A stretch of 63,951 bases of DNA, the filler included, from Dehalococcoidia bacterium (lineage in GTDB: Bacteria > Chloroflexota > Dehalococcoidia > DSTF01 > JACRBR01), in NCBI GenBank assembly GCA_041494685.1. It is 3 parts of 3 records of this genome, joined end to end, with 100 filler letters (N's around TTAATTAATTAA, not from the genome) between each part and the next. Parts side by side here need not be neighbours in the genome. Positions count along the whole stretch, not along the records: positions 29,432 to 57,685 come from JBGQBE010000045.1; 2 more parts are not named here. One strand, given 5' to 3'. Shown here in pieces: positions 31,878 to 41,795 of this stretch. Each line of letters begins with the position of its first letter. Positions within the stretch are counted from its first letter, which is position 1. The position numbers and the translations under genes were made by a program. Under the pieces are notes generated by a model. That model had not been told where the DNA came from. It did no database searches and worked only from the letters and a program-made list of their open reading frames with translations.

Positions 31878-33125
31878 TCAGCCCGGCGGCGAGACGGCCT
31901 CTCCGTCCATATAGACGGCCGCGATCCGCCGCGTGTTCGTTATGTCAGCCAGCGGGTCGCCCTCCAGCAGCACGCAGTCCGCCCGCCGGCCCGGCGCGAT
32001 CACGCCGATGTCGTCGCGGCGGAGCCAGCGCGCGGCATGCCCCGTCGCCGCCAGCAGCACCTTCCGCGCCGGCATCGCCTTCGCCAGCAGCGCCAGCTCG
32101 ATGTGGTAGCCGTAGCCCGGCGGCACGCCCACCGCGCCGCAGTCCGTGCCCGGCAGGACCGTGACGCCGGCATCGTGCATCGCCCGCACGACGCCGAACA
32201 TGTTAGCCGCGGAAGGTCCGAGTTCCGCCGGGTCCGGAAGCGGGCCGGCGGGCCGCGCGCTCATCCGCACCCGCTGCGCCGGCGTGAACGCCGCATCCTC
32301 TTCGGCCGAGAACCCCATGTCCGTGCGCGCGCCAAGTACAAGCGTCGGCACCATGACGGTGCCCGCCGCGCGCATCGCGCCGATCAGCGGAGACGCCGTC
32401 GCCGGGTCGATCGCTTCCCAGCCGCGCCGCACCTTACCCCAGTACGCCGGGTTGCCCATGATGTCGCCTGGCCCGAGCGCGTGCTCGGCCGGTACGAGGT
32501 CGCGGTATAGCGTGAGTTGCAGGTGTTCGAGGCCGCCGATGCCGGCCGCCACGGCTTCCGATGCGGTGGTAGCGGTCAGGTGCCCCGTCACCGGCACGGC
32601 GCCGGCGTTGCGCGTGATCGCGTGCCGCACCAGCGGCGGCGGCAGCGCGGCGTAGAGCTTGATGCCGTCGACGCCCGCGTCCAGCGCCCGCGCGAGCGTG
32701 CGGTCGATCTCCTGCTCGGTGCGATGCGTCTCCATGCCGGGAAGCGGCACGCCCCAGCTCGGCGGCTCGCCCTCCACGAACGCGCCGACGATCAACACGC
32801 GCGCGCCGGGTACGCCGCCGTCGCGCTGGCGGCGACGCAGGTCGACGGCCGCGTCGAACGCGCCTCCGAGGTCCTTCACCGTCGTCACGCCCATGCGCGC
32901 GTACGTCCGCAGCCCCTCTTCGCCGAAGAGCGTCGCGTGTACGTGGCAGTCGATCATGCCCGGGATCGCGAAGCGCCCCGTCGCATCGACGACGTACGCG
33001 CCATCGGACGGCAGATCCGGCCCGACGGCGCGAAACAGCCCGTCCTCGATCAGGATGTCGGACGGGTGCGGGTCGCTGCCCGTCCCGTCAAAGAGTGTGG
33101 CGTTGCGGATGAGCGTCAGCGTCAT
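31878..33125 (-). CDS. Amidohydrolase family protein
   Basis: LIRNATLFDG; PGMIDCHVH; GVTTVKD; GTD; GVIAPGRRAD.VLL.GDPL. Confidence 0.85.
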   Translation of the reverse strand: MTLTLIRNATLFDGTGSDPHPSDILIEDGLFRAVGPDLPSDGAYVVDATGRFAIPGMIDCHVHATLFGEEGLRTYARMGVTTVKDLGGAFDAAVDLRRRQRDGGVPGARVLIVGAFVEGEPPSWGVPLPGMETHRTEQEIDRTLARALDAGVDGIKLYAALPPPLVRHAITRNAGAVPVTGHLTATTASEAVAAGIGGLEHLQLTLYRDLVPAEHALGPGDIMGNPAYWGKVRRGWEAIDPATASPLIGAMRAAGTVMVPTLVLGARTDMGFSAEEDAAFTPAQRVRMSARPAGPLPDPAELGPSAANMFGVVRAMHDAGVTVLPGTDCGAVGVPPGYGYHIELALLAKAMPARKVLLAATGHAARWLRRDDIGVIAPGRRADCVLLEGDPLADITNTRRIAAVYMDGEAVSPPG

Positions 33126-33307
33126 GTCGCGGACATGATCAACGGCGCGGATCGGCAACGCAATGACAGGTTCCTGGCTTCGCCGCCGCCGCCCGGACGC
33201 GCCGCGCGCATTAATTGATTCAAAGGATGGCCAACATATGTCAAGCCGGGTGCCGCCCGGGTGCCACATCCGGTGCTATCGTGACGTTCCAACGGCGTGG
33301 AGGGTTC

Positions 33308-34606
33308 GTGAGCACGACCGGAGCGACAACGCCGCCAGCCCGTCCGAGCGGGCGCATCATCGCGATCGACATCCTGCGCGGCTGGGCGATTCTCGCCATC
33401 GTCCTGCACCATCTCTGGGACGACATCCGCTACCTGCCGTACAAGTCGGGCTGGTACTACGAGCGGGTCGGTGCGCGCATCCACGACGGCAACTGGAGCA
33501 GCCTGCCGACGACGGTCCTCGACGCGTTCCTCCGCGGTGGCTACCTCGTCCCCGCGTTCATGCTGGTGAGCGGACTTTCGCTCTACGTCGCGACCGCGCG
33601 CCAGGGGCCGCGCCTGGACATCGTTACCTTCTACCGCAAGCGCCTGCGCTACCTCCTCGTGCCCTACTGGTTCAGCGTCGCAATGATCATGGCGGTGATC
33701 GTCATCATCGCCGCGCTGCAGGTGGCGCTCCACGGGCACGGCCTCGTCTACCAGTACCACCACGTGACCGAATCGAAGCACGACTTCGTCGCGCCCGGTC
33801 CCGGCCAGCTCTTCGCCATGGTGCTCGTGTTCCCGCGCGCGCTCCGCAGCGAGTGGATGATGGCGCCGCCGAACGTGATGTGGTTCGTAGTGCTCATCAT
33901 CCAGTACTACCTGCTCTTCCCGTTCCTGCTGCGGCTCCTGCACCGCGTCAAGCCGGCCGCATTCCTGGCGGGTGCGCTCGTCGCGACCATCGCCGCCAAT
34001 CTCTTGCTGATCGGCCTCGTCGGCGGGCTCGACCGCAACCCGGCGCTCTACATGAACCACTGCCTCGCGCCCTTCCGCCTGTTTGAGTTCGCGCTCGGCA
34101 TGTCCCTCGGATACGGCATCGTGCATCACCGTGACCGCATGCGCGCGCTGACCGCCGCTCCCGCCACCACTGCGGCGCTGATCGTCACGGGTCTGGCGTT
34201 GATCATCGGCGGCGGGCTGATGGATGACGGCAGCGTCTACAGCGCGTTCGCCGCATCGATCGTCATCACGGGCGCGGCGATGATCATCCTGCCCCTGCTC
34301 ACGAAGCAGCCGGGCCGGATCGAGGCCACGGCGCCCGCGCGGCTGCTCGCGTGGACGGGACCCTTCTCGTACGCCGTGCTGATCGCCAACGAACCGCTGC
34401 GCCTCATCGCCAGCTTCCTGCGAGTGGAGGCCGTGCCGACGGGGGCGTGGTGGCTCTACCTGGTGCTGTACATGCCGGTGACGCTGATCCTGGCGCGGCC
34501 GCTCGCGGGGCTGCTGGGCATCAGGCCGCGCTCGCTGGCGCGCCCGGTGCAGTCGCCGGCCCATGTGCCCGCTCCGGCCGTCGCGCCCGCACAGGGCATC
34601 GCGTAG
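33308..34606 (+). CDS. Membrane acyltransferase-3 (OafA-like) protein
   Basis: RIIAIDILRG.AI..IVLHH; F..VSG; FYRKR.R; WFV..IIQYYLLFP. Confidence 0.82.
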   Translation: MSTTGATTPPARPSGRIIAIDILRGWAILAIVLHHLWDDIRYLPYKSGWYYERVGARIHDGNWSSLPTTVLDAFLRGGYLVPAFMLVSGLSLYVATARQGPRLDIVTFYRKRLRYLLVPYWFSVAMIMAVIVIIAALQVALHGHGLVYQYHHVTESKHDFVAPGPGQLFAMVLVFPRALRSEWMMAPPNVMWFVVLIIQYYLLFPFLLRLLHRVKPAAFLAGALVATIAANLLLIGLVGGLDRNPALYMNHCLAPFRLFEFALGMSLGYGIVHHRDRMRALTAAPATTAALIVTGLALIIGGGLMDDGSVYSAFAASIVITGAAMIILPLLTKQPGRIEATAPARLLAWTGPFSYAVLIANEPLRLIASFLRVEAVPTGAWWLYLVLYMPVTLILARPLAGLLGIRPRSLARPVQSPAHVPAPAVAPAQGIA

Positions 34607-34633
34607 CCGACGTCCGGGTGTGACTGGGCGCCG

Positions 34634-36106
34634 TCAGGCGCACCTGCGCCGCCAGGTCCGCCATCCCGCCACTGCACCCAACGCCAGCAACGCGACGGCA
34701 CCGAGAACCCCGTAGTCGACGCGGCGACCGTCCGTCGATCCGGACCGAGGCGCAGGCAGCGCGCGCACGTCCGCCTGCTCGGCGGTGCCGCCGACGGATG
34801 CCGCGAAGCCGCACTGTGTGGCGGGCTGCCCCACGTAGACCAGCGGCTCGCCGCCCGGATCCCCCGAGAAGCCGCAAGGCGACGCCTGCGGCTGCGCCAT
34901 GGCGATGACCGCAAGGGCGGCGGGCGCCAGCGCGCCGGGCGAGCCTGTCGTCGATGCCCCCGGATGGAGCGCGAGGTAGTCGACCAGCGCGCCGGCCGCG
35001 TGCGGCGCGGCGATGCTCGTCCCGCTGGCGAGGAGATATCCGGAGGGGTCGCAGAGGGCGCAGGCGCCCGTCGGAGCGATCGACAGGATATCGACGCCTG
35101 GCGCGGCCAGCTGCACCACCGGTCCGAAGTTGCTGAACGGAGCGAACGTGTCGTCCGCCCCGGCCCACGTTGCCGCGCCGAAGTGCCCGCCCCGGCCATC
35201 GCTGTCGCCCATCCCCGAAACGGCCACGACCTCCGGATAGGCGGCGGGGATCGTGCCCGAGGCATCGGCGCCGCCGTTCCCGGCGGCGACCGTATAGACC
35301 ACGCCCGCCGCGACCGAATCGCAGATCGCCTTGTGCAGCGGATCGACCACCGTCATGCCCGTGACGCCGCAGTTGGCGCTGTCGGTACCTGCTGTTCCGA
35401 GACTCAGGTTGGCGACGCGTATCCCGTCGCTCGCCGCGTGCGCGGTCACCCAGTCGATACCGGCGACGACGGACGAGAGCGTACCCGTCCCGGTGCTGTC
35501 CATCACCTTCACGGCGTATACCGGCGCGCCCGGAGCGACGCCGCGAAACCCCGACCCCATCACCCGCCCGGCCGCCGTCCCCGCGACGAGCGTCCCGTGA
35601 CCGTTGTCGTCCTGCCCGGTCGTGTTCCCGCTCACGAAGCTCACCGCGCCCGCGATGTTCAGCTCCGGCCGCCCGAGGTCGATGCCGGTGTCGATGATCG
35701 CCACGGCCACGGACGAGCCCGGGGCGGCCCCCTCGGCGTCGATCCGGTCCACGCCCGTCGGCAAGCCCGCGACCGCCGGCAGAATCGGCGCGCGCGCCGC
35801 GCCCGCCACCCGGACCACGCGGTCCGGCACGACGTTGTTGATCCGCGCGTCACGCAGCAGCCGGTCCCGTTGGTCGGGAGTAAGCGCCGCGCCGAACCCG
35901 CGCCCCGCGTGCTCGAAGATGCGGTCGGCGACCAGGCCGTGGTCGCGGAGCACGGCCGCGACAGGCGCGCCCGGCTGCATGATCACGATGAACCGCCCCG
36001 GGATCACATCGCCGGGGGCGGCGGCCTCGCTTCGCGCCGCAAGGCCCGCACCGAGCAGCACGGACATCACGAGAAGCGCGGGTACGACGATCCTGAACCG
36101 GCGCAT
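34634..36106 (-). CDS. Secreted subtilisin-like S8 peptidase with I9-like propeptide and C-terminal membrane anchor
   Basis: Signal peptide; IIDTG (Asp), NGHGT (His), AAGN, SGTS.AAPH (Ser); C-terminal TM followed by RRR. Confidence 0.9.
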   Translation of the reverse strand: MRRFRIVVPALLVMSVLLGAGLAARSEAAAPGDVIPGRFIVIMQPGAPVAAVLRDHGLVADRIFEHAGRGFGAALTPDQRDRLLRDARINNVVPDRVVRVAGAARAPILPAVAGLPTGVDRIDAEGAAPGSSVAVAIIDTGIDLGRPELNIAGAVSFVSGNTTGQDDNGHGTLVAGTAAGRVMGSGFRGVAPGAPVYAVKVMDSTGTGTLSSVVAGIDWVTAHAASDGIRVANLSLGTAGTDSANCGVTGMTVVDPLHKAICDSVAAGVVYTVAAGNGGADASGTIPAAYPEVVAVSGMGDSDGRGGHFGAATWAGADDTFAPFSNFGPVVQLAAPGVDILSIAPTGACALCDPSGYLLASGTSIAAPHAAGALVDYLALHPGASTTGSPGALAPAALAVIAMAQPQASPCGFSGDPGGEPLVYVGQPATQCGFAASVGGTAEQADVRALPAPRSGSTDGRRVDYGVLGAVALLALGAVAGWRTWRRRCA

Positions 36107-36344
36107 CGTTCCTTCGGCTGGCTGCCGCCGCGGGGTAAAGCGGAATTGTACGTGAACCCCGCGCGCTGCACGAAGGATCGGAGGCGCACCGCCGCGCGTC
36201 CGCAGATATCGACGGATGCTCGCAGTAGTCGCGGCAAGAGGCCCGCGGGGCAGCGCCGCCCCGCCAGGGGGATGACAGCACCGGGGCGACTGGGCTAGGA
36301 TAGGCGCACCGGCGTCAAGTTCGTGCGTCAAGGAGAAATGAGCC

Positions 36345-36428
36345 ATGGGCGACAAGAGCCCGAAGAACACGGCCAAGAGCAGCAAGCAGAAGTCCCAGAA
36401 GAAGGACGCCAAGGCCACCAAGAAGTAA
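36345..36428 (+). CDS. Small Lys-rich protein (27 aa), not in ORF track
   Basis: AAGGAGA RBS; MGDKSPKNTAKSSKQKSQKKDAKATKK*; every sense codon ends in G or C. Confidence 0.6.
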   Translation: MGDKSPKNTAKSSKQKSQKKDAKATKK

Positions 36429-36691
36429 CGGGCTTCCCCGCCCGCCCTGCCTCAGCGTGGCGATCGCGCCTGGCGCCGCCCCGCCGCTTCCGGTTGCCCG
36501 TCGACGCCGTCGCTCCCGGCGGCGCCGTCAATGCGCCATCAGTCCACCTGTTCGGTAGCGACTGGGGTTCGGCGCTGACGCGCTGACCAGCCGACGCGCT
36601 GACCAGCTGATAAGCCCCGCCGCGCGCCCCGTTGCGGCCCGCCGCGCGCTGCGAGTACGATGGCGCAACTCGCACACCGTCAGGAGGCCCC

Positions 36692-37579
36692 ATGTCCGCG
36701 GACGTCGCTCTGATCACTGGCACCAGCACCGGCATCGGCCGCGCCGCCGCGCTGCGTCTCGCCCGGCACGGCTATCGCGTCTTCGCCACTATGCGCTCGC
36801 CGGAGCGCGCGGGCGCGCCGCTGCTCGACGTCGCGCGCGCCGAGAAGCTGCAGCTCTCCGTCCTGCGGCTCGACGTCACCGACCCGAAGTCCGTCGAGCA
36901 GGCCGTGGCGCAGGCGATCGCCGAGGCGGGACGCATCGACATCCTCGTGAACAACGCCGGCATCGGCGATCTCGGCGCCATCGAAACACTGAGCGACGAG
37001 ATCATGCGGACGATGTTCGAGACCAACGTCTTCGGCGCCGTGCGCGCGATCCGCGCCGTGCTGCCCGGCATGCGCGCACGCGGCAGCGGCACCATCGTCA
37101 ACGTCACCTCCGTCGCCGGGCTGCTGGTCGCGCTGGGGAACGGCCTCTACGCCGCGTCGAAACACGCGCTGGAAGCGATCAGCGAGGCGCTGGCGCTGGA
37201 GGCGCGGCAATACGGCGTGCGCGTGGCGATCATCGAGCCCGGACTGTTCGACACGCCCATCATCGACAAGTCGACGGGCGTGCTCGGCGCCGACGAGGCG
37301 TCGCCCTACGCGCACGTCGCCCGCCGCATCGGCGGCATCTACATGGCCGGCCGGGCCACCAACCCGGACGTCGAGGTCGTCGCCGCCGCGATCGAGCACG
37401 CCATCTCGACGGACCAGCCGCGGCTCCGCTACCTGGTCGGCGTCGACGCCCGGCCGTTCGTCGACGGCCGCGCCCGCATGACCGACGAGGAGTACGTGCG
37501 GGCCTTCGGCCGGGCGCAGACGGACGACGAGTTCTTCACCGAGTTCGCGGCACGCTTCCCCATGCCGGGCCCCGCGTAA
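36692..37579 (+). CDS. Short-chain dehydrogenase/reductase
   Basis: TGTSTGIG; NNAG; YAASK; AGGAGG RBS. Confidence 0.9.
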   Translation: MSADVALITGTSTGIGRAAALRLARHGYRVFATMRSPERAGAPLLDVARAEKLQLSVLRLDVTDPKSVEQAVAQAIAEAGRIDILVNNAGIGDLGAIETLSDEIMRTMFETNVFGAVRAIRAVLPGMRARGSGTIVNVTSVAGLLVALGNGLYAASKHALEAISEALALEARQYGVRVAIIEPGLFDTPIIDKSTGVLGADEASPYAHVARRIGGIYMAGRATNPDVEVVAAAIEHAISTDQPRLRYLVGVDARPFVDGRARMTDEEYVRAFGRAQTDDEFFTEFAARFPMPGPA

Positions 37580-37601
37580 GCGCAGGCGGTCCGGCTGCGA
37601 G

Positions 37602-37657
37602 CCGGCCCGCTACAGGACCTCCGCATCCTCGACCTCACTGCGGCGCTCGCCGGGCCG
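37602..37657 (+). repeat. 56-bp direct repeat of the CoA-transferase 5' coding region (copy A)
   Basis: 52/56 identical to 40603-40658 by manual alignment. Confidence 0.9.
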
Positions 37658-37816
37658 ACCCACGGCTCCATCGATGGGACGCGCAGCAACGTCTTGATCA
37701 GCCAGTCGGTCCGCCAATGGGCGACCACGCCGTGCGAGTTGAGGACGGTCTCCGGGTCAAGCCTCCTGCTGAGCGAGTTGCCGTTGCGTGAGCTGATCGC
37801 TTATCCTGATCACGAA

Positions 37817-38401
37817 ATGACTGTCCGGTCAGCCACCGTCCATGACCCCGCCAAACACGCCCGCCTCATCGAGTCGGCAGCGGCGTTGTTCAGCCGTGTC
37901 GGCTTCGAGCGGGCGTCCGTCGAAGAGATAGCAAGCGGCGCCGACGTCGCGAAGGGTACGGTGTACCTCTACTTCAAGAGTAAGGCCGAACTTTTCCATG
38001 CCATCCTTGCCGAGCTTGAACGCCTCATCGATGAGCGGCCGTCGGGGCACAAGCCGCACGAGCCGCAGGATGAGCTCCGACAGGTGGTGCGCGCGCAGCT
38101 CTCGGCCGCAGCGGAGTCGCCGGACCTCTTCCGTTGCTACACCAGTGCGCTGTTCGGCGTGAACCGCGACTTCCAGCACTCGGCCCTCGTCATCTTCGAA
38201 TCGCAGAAGGACCAGGTGGCGAGCGCCCTGTGTCGCCTGCATGACAACCCGCGCCGCACCCACCAGATTGAGCACCGCGCCGCGCTGTTCCTCTCGTCGA
38301 TCCTTGCTGCGGCACTGATGACGGGCCTCGAGGGCGGACGCACGCGTAAGGGGGAGGACGAAGCGGGGCTGATGGCGCTGGTGCTGGAGCCCCTCGCATG
38401 A
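37817..38401 (+). CDS. TetR/AcrR family transcriptional regulator
   Basis: AAALFSRVGFERASVEEIA..ADVAKGTVYLYFKSK.ELF. Confidence 0.9.
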   Translation: MTVRSATVHDPAKHARLIESAAALFSRVGFERASVEEIASGADVAKGTVYLYFKSKAELFHAILAELERLIDERPSGHKPHEPQDELRQVVRAQLSAAAESPDLFRCYTSALFGVNRDFQHSALVIFESQKDQVASALCRLHDNPRRTHQIEHRAALFLSSILAAALMTGLEGGRTRKGEDEAGLMALVLEPLA

Positions 38402-40257
38402 CGGCCGCGATCGCCTCGATGCGGGACACGATGTTGGCGGACTGGCGCGCGCGCCTGCTGGGCGGGTACTTCCGCAAATGGATGATCCTGGGCGTACTCA
38501 TCGGGATCGTCGCCGGAGTGGGAGCGATCGTGTTTTTCGAATCGATCGACCTCATGACGCGCGTCTTCCTCTCCGGCATCGTTGACTACACGCCGCCCGT
38601 TCCCGCCGGAGAAGCCGCGACGACGATGAGCGACCCCGGGCGGCGCTGGCTCATCCCCGTCGTCACGACGCTGGGTGGCGCGCTCGCGGGTCTCATCGTC
38701 TTCACGCTCGCGCCGGAGGCCGAAGGGCACGGCACCGACGCCGCGATCGACGCCTTCCACCATAAGGGCGGCAAGATCCGCAGCCGCATCCCGCCGATCA
38801 AGCTGATCGCTTCGGCGATCACGATTGGCTCAGGAGGCAGCGCCGGTCGTGAAGGGCCGACGGCGCAGATCGCCGCCGGCTTCGGATCGTGGCTGGGCGA
38901 CGCGCTGCAGCTGACTCCGCAGGACCGCCGCATCGCGCTCGCGGTCGGCATGGGCGCCGGGATCGGGGCGATCTTCAAGGCGCCGCTCGGCGGAGCCGTC
39001 CTCGCGGCAGAGATCCTGTACATCCGGGACTTCGAGTTGGAGGCGATCGTGCCGGGTTTCATCGCCTCGGTGATCGGATACGCGATCTTCGGGGCATGGT
39101 CCGGATGGACGCCCGTGTTCGGAGAAGCTACGGGGCTGCGGTTCACCCGGCCCGAGTCACTCGTCTGGTACGCCGTGCTGGGACTCGCGGCGGGTGCTGC
39201 GGGAATCCTCTACGCGAAGTTCTTCTACGCGACGCGGGACGCCTTCCACCGAATCGGCATCCCGCCGCATTTCAAGCCCGCGATCGGCGGCCTCGGCGTC
39301 GGTCTGATCGGCCTCGGCTTTCCGCAGGTACTCGCGATGGGGTACGGCTGGGTGCAGTTTGCGATCAACGGCGACACGGTCGAGCTTGCGACGGGGACGA
39401 TGTTGGCGCTCGTCCTTCTGAAGATCCTGGCGACTTCGCTGACCATCGGCTCCGGCGGCAGCGGCGGCGTATTCGCCCCCGGCTTGTTCATCGGCGGCAT
39501 GCTCGGCGGTGCGATGTGGGGGCTGCTGCATGCGCGTGTCGGCTGGATGCCGTCGACGCCGGCGCCGTTCGTCATCGTCGGCATGGTCGCGCTCTTCGGC
39601 GGTGTGGCAAAGGCGCCCATCGCCGTCATGCTGATGGTCGCCGAGATGACCGGTGAGTTCTCGATGATCGTGCCGGCGATGATCGCCGTGAGCATTGCGT
39701 ATCTTGTCACCGGCGACATCGGGATCTACGAAAACCAGGTGCCGACGCGGGCGGACTCTCCGGCGCACCGGGCGGAGTACCTCGTGCCGCTGATCACGTC
39801 GGTGCGCGTGCGGGATGCGATGCGGCGCAAAGTCTTGACCGCAACGCCGAACGATTCCATCGATGAGGTCGAGGAGCGAATGGAAGCAGCGGGCGTGCGG
39901 GGCGTGCCCGTGCTCGAGAGAGATCGGCTCGTGGCGATGTTTACCGCGACGGACGCGCTGCGTGCGCACCGGCTCGGACGGGCTCTCGTGGCGGACGCGA
40001 TGACGTGCGACGTCCTGGTCGCCCATCCCGATGAATCCCTGCACGATGCCTTCAGCCGGATGAGCCATGCGCGCATCTCGCGGTTGCCGGTAGTGGAGCG
40101 CGATCGTCCGGATCAGTTGGTCGGCATCATCGCCTTCCGCGATGTAGCGGGCGCCATGGACCGCGAGATCGCCGCACTGGCGCAGGTGAAGGTCGAACTC
40201 GCCCGGCACCCTACGCCGGGCGCAGAGGCGGACCGTAACGCAGCTTCCTCGCGCTGA
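38398..40257 (+). CDS. ClC-family chloride channel/antiporter with C-terminal CBS pair
   Basis: GSAGREGPTAQI, FKAPLGG, GGVFAP, EMTG; CBS domains (VRDAM, SRLPVV); ATGA overlap with tetR. Confidence 0.92.
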   Translation: MTAAIASMRDTMLADWRARLLGGYFRKWMILGVLIGIVAGVGAIVFFESIDLMTRVFLSGIVDYTPPVPAGEAATTMSDPGRRWLIPVVTTLGGALAGLIVFTLAPEAEGHGTDAAIDAFHHKGGKIRSRIPPIKLIASAITIGSGGSAGREGPTAQIAAGFGSWLGDALQLTPQDRRIALAVGMGAGIGAIFKAPLGGAVLAAEILYIRDFELEAIVPGFIASVIGYAIFGAWSGWTPVFGEATGLRFTRPESLVWYAVLGLAAGAAGILYAKFFYATRDAFHRIGIPPHFKPAIGGLGVGLIGLGFPQVLAMGYGWVQFAINGDTVELATGTMLALVLLKILATSLTIGSGGSGGVFAPGLFIGGMLGGAMWGLLHARVGWMPSTPAPFVIVGMVALFGGVAKAPIAVMLMVAEMTGEFSMIVPAMIAVSIAYLVTGDIGIYENQVPTRADSPAHRAEYLVPLITSVRVRDAMRRKVLTATPNDSIDEVEERMEAAGVRGVPVLERDRLVAMFTATDALRAHRLGRALVADAMTCDVLVAHPDESLHDAFSRMSHARISRLPVVERDRPDQLVGIIAFRDVAGAMDREIAALAQVKVELARHPTPGAEADRNAASSR

Positions 40258-40589
40258 CCTCGCCGAAGCCCAATTGTGCCCATGCCACCAGCCGCTTCGA
40301 GTTCGCCCCGCCCCGGCGTACGCTCCCCACGGGAGAGGAGCGCCCATGCGCCGTCCGTTCGTCGTTCGCCCGGCCCTTCGCTGTTTGCTGTCTGATGTCT
40401 GTTGTGCTCCGCAGGGCGCCGGCGCATCAATCAGCCAGCGCCCGCCCGTTCGTATCCAGGTCAATCAGAAAAAACGCATTTCGCGGAAAAACAACATCAC
40501 AATCAGCAGCCGCCGAGCGCGACGCGGGTTGGCCGCCGCCCGCCGGCCGTGTAGAACTGCGATGGCGCTACCGCCGACAGGGAGACGAC

Positions 40590-41795
40590 ATGACCGATCG
40601 CACCGGCCCGCTCCAGGACCTCCGCATCCTCGACCTCACGCAGGCGCTCGCCGGGCCGTACTGCACCATGCTGCTCGCCGACCTCGGCGCCGACGTCATC
40701 AAGATCGAGCCGCCGCAGGGCGACATGACGCGCGGCATGCCCCCGTGGATCGGCGCCCGCGAAAACGCGCCCTACGGCGGCTACTTCGCCAGCATCAACC
40801 GCAACAAGCGGAGCATCGTCCTCAACCTCCGCCAGGAACGCGACCGCGAGACGTTCTTCCGCCTCGCCGAGACCGCCGACGCCGTCGTCGAGAACTCGAA
40901 GGCCGGCGTCATGGACCGCCTCGGCGTCGGCTACGAGTCCGTCCGCGCCCGCAACCCGCGCATCGTCTACGGCGCCATCCGCGGCTTCGGCGACCCGCGC
41001 ACCGGCCGCAGCCCCTACACCGACTGGCCCGCGTACGACATCATCGCGCAGAGCATGGGCGGCCTCGTCGCCACGACCGGCCCGGTGGGCTCGGCGGGCT
41101 ACCCCGCCGGCGCCAGCGTCGGCGATCTGTTCCCGGGCGCGCTCGCCGCGCTCGGCGTCGTCTCGGCCGTGCACCGGGCCCGGCTGACCGGCGAGGGCCA
41201 GTTTGTCGACGTGGCCATGTACGACGCCGTCATCGCGCTCTGCGAGAACGCCATCTACCAGTACTCCTTCGGCGGTCGCGTGCTGGAGCCGAAGGGCACC
41301 GGCCACGCCGCGCTCTGCCCGTTCGACATCTTCGAGACGTCCGACGGCGCCGTCGCCATCACGGCGTCCACGCCGAAGCACTGGGACATCCTCTGCGCGC
41401 TGATCGGCCGCGTCGACCTGATCGATGACCCGCGCACGTTCGAGAACGTCGCGCGCCTGCAGAACCCCGCGCTCGTGCTCGACGCGATCTCGGACTGGAC
41501 GCGGCAGCACACCAGGGCGGAGGTGATCGCCGAGCTTGCGGGCCGCGTGCCCGTCGGCCCCGTCAACACCGTCACCGACATCTTCGCCGACCCGCACGTC
41601 CACGCCCGCGCCATGCTCGCCGACATCGAGCTGCCGGACGGCGCGCACGCGAAGATCGCCGCGCCACCGCTGAAGTTCACGGAGACGCCGACCTGCGTCT
41701 ACCGCCGCCCGCCGCTGCTCGATGAGCATCGCCGGGAGATCCTGGCCGAGGCCGGCGTGACGGAGGCCGGCGCAGCGGACGGCGAGCCGCGATGA
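40590..41795 (+). CDS. CoA-transferase family III (CaiB/BaiF)
   Basis: GPL.DLRILDLTQALAGPYC..LLADLGADVIKIEPP.GD; NRNKRS; G.GQFVDVAM. Confidence 0.92.
   Translation: MTDRTGPLQDLRILDLTQALAGPYCTMLLADLGADVIKIEPPQGDMTRGMPPWIGARENAPYGGYFASINRNKRSIVLNLRQERDRETFFRLAETADAVVENSKAGVMDRLGVGYESVRARNPRIVYGAIRGFGDPRTGRSPYTDWPAYDIIAQSMGGLVATTGPVGSAGYPAGASVGDLFPGALAALGVVSAVHRARLTGEGQFVDVAMYDAVIALCENAIYQYSFGGRVLEPKGTGHAALCPFDIFETSDGAVAITASTPKHWDILCALIGRVDLIDDPRTFENVARLQNPALVLDAISDWTRQHTRAEVIAELAGRVPVGPVNTVTDIFADPHVHARAMLADIELPDGAHAKIAAPPLKFTETPTCVYRRPPLLDEHRREILAEAGVTEAGAADGEPR
40603..40658 (+). repeat. 56-bp direct repeat (copy B, within the intact gene)
   Basis: 52/56 identical to 37602-37657. Confidence 0.9.

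Noticed and set aside
37658..37760. Minus-strand peptide ...HGVVAHWRTDWLIKTLLRVP at the islet's left edge as a gene remnant
   Set aside because: No recognisable family motif; cannot be supported without a search
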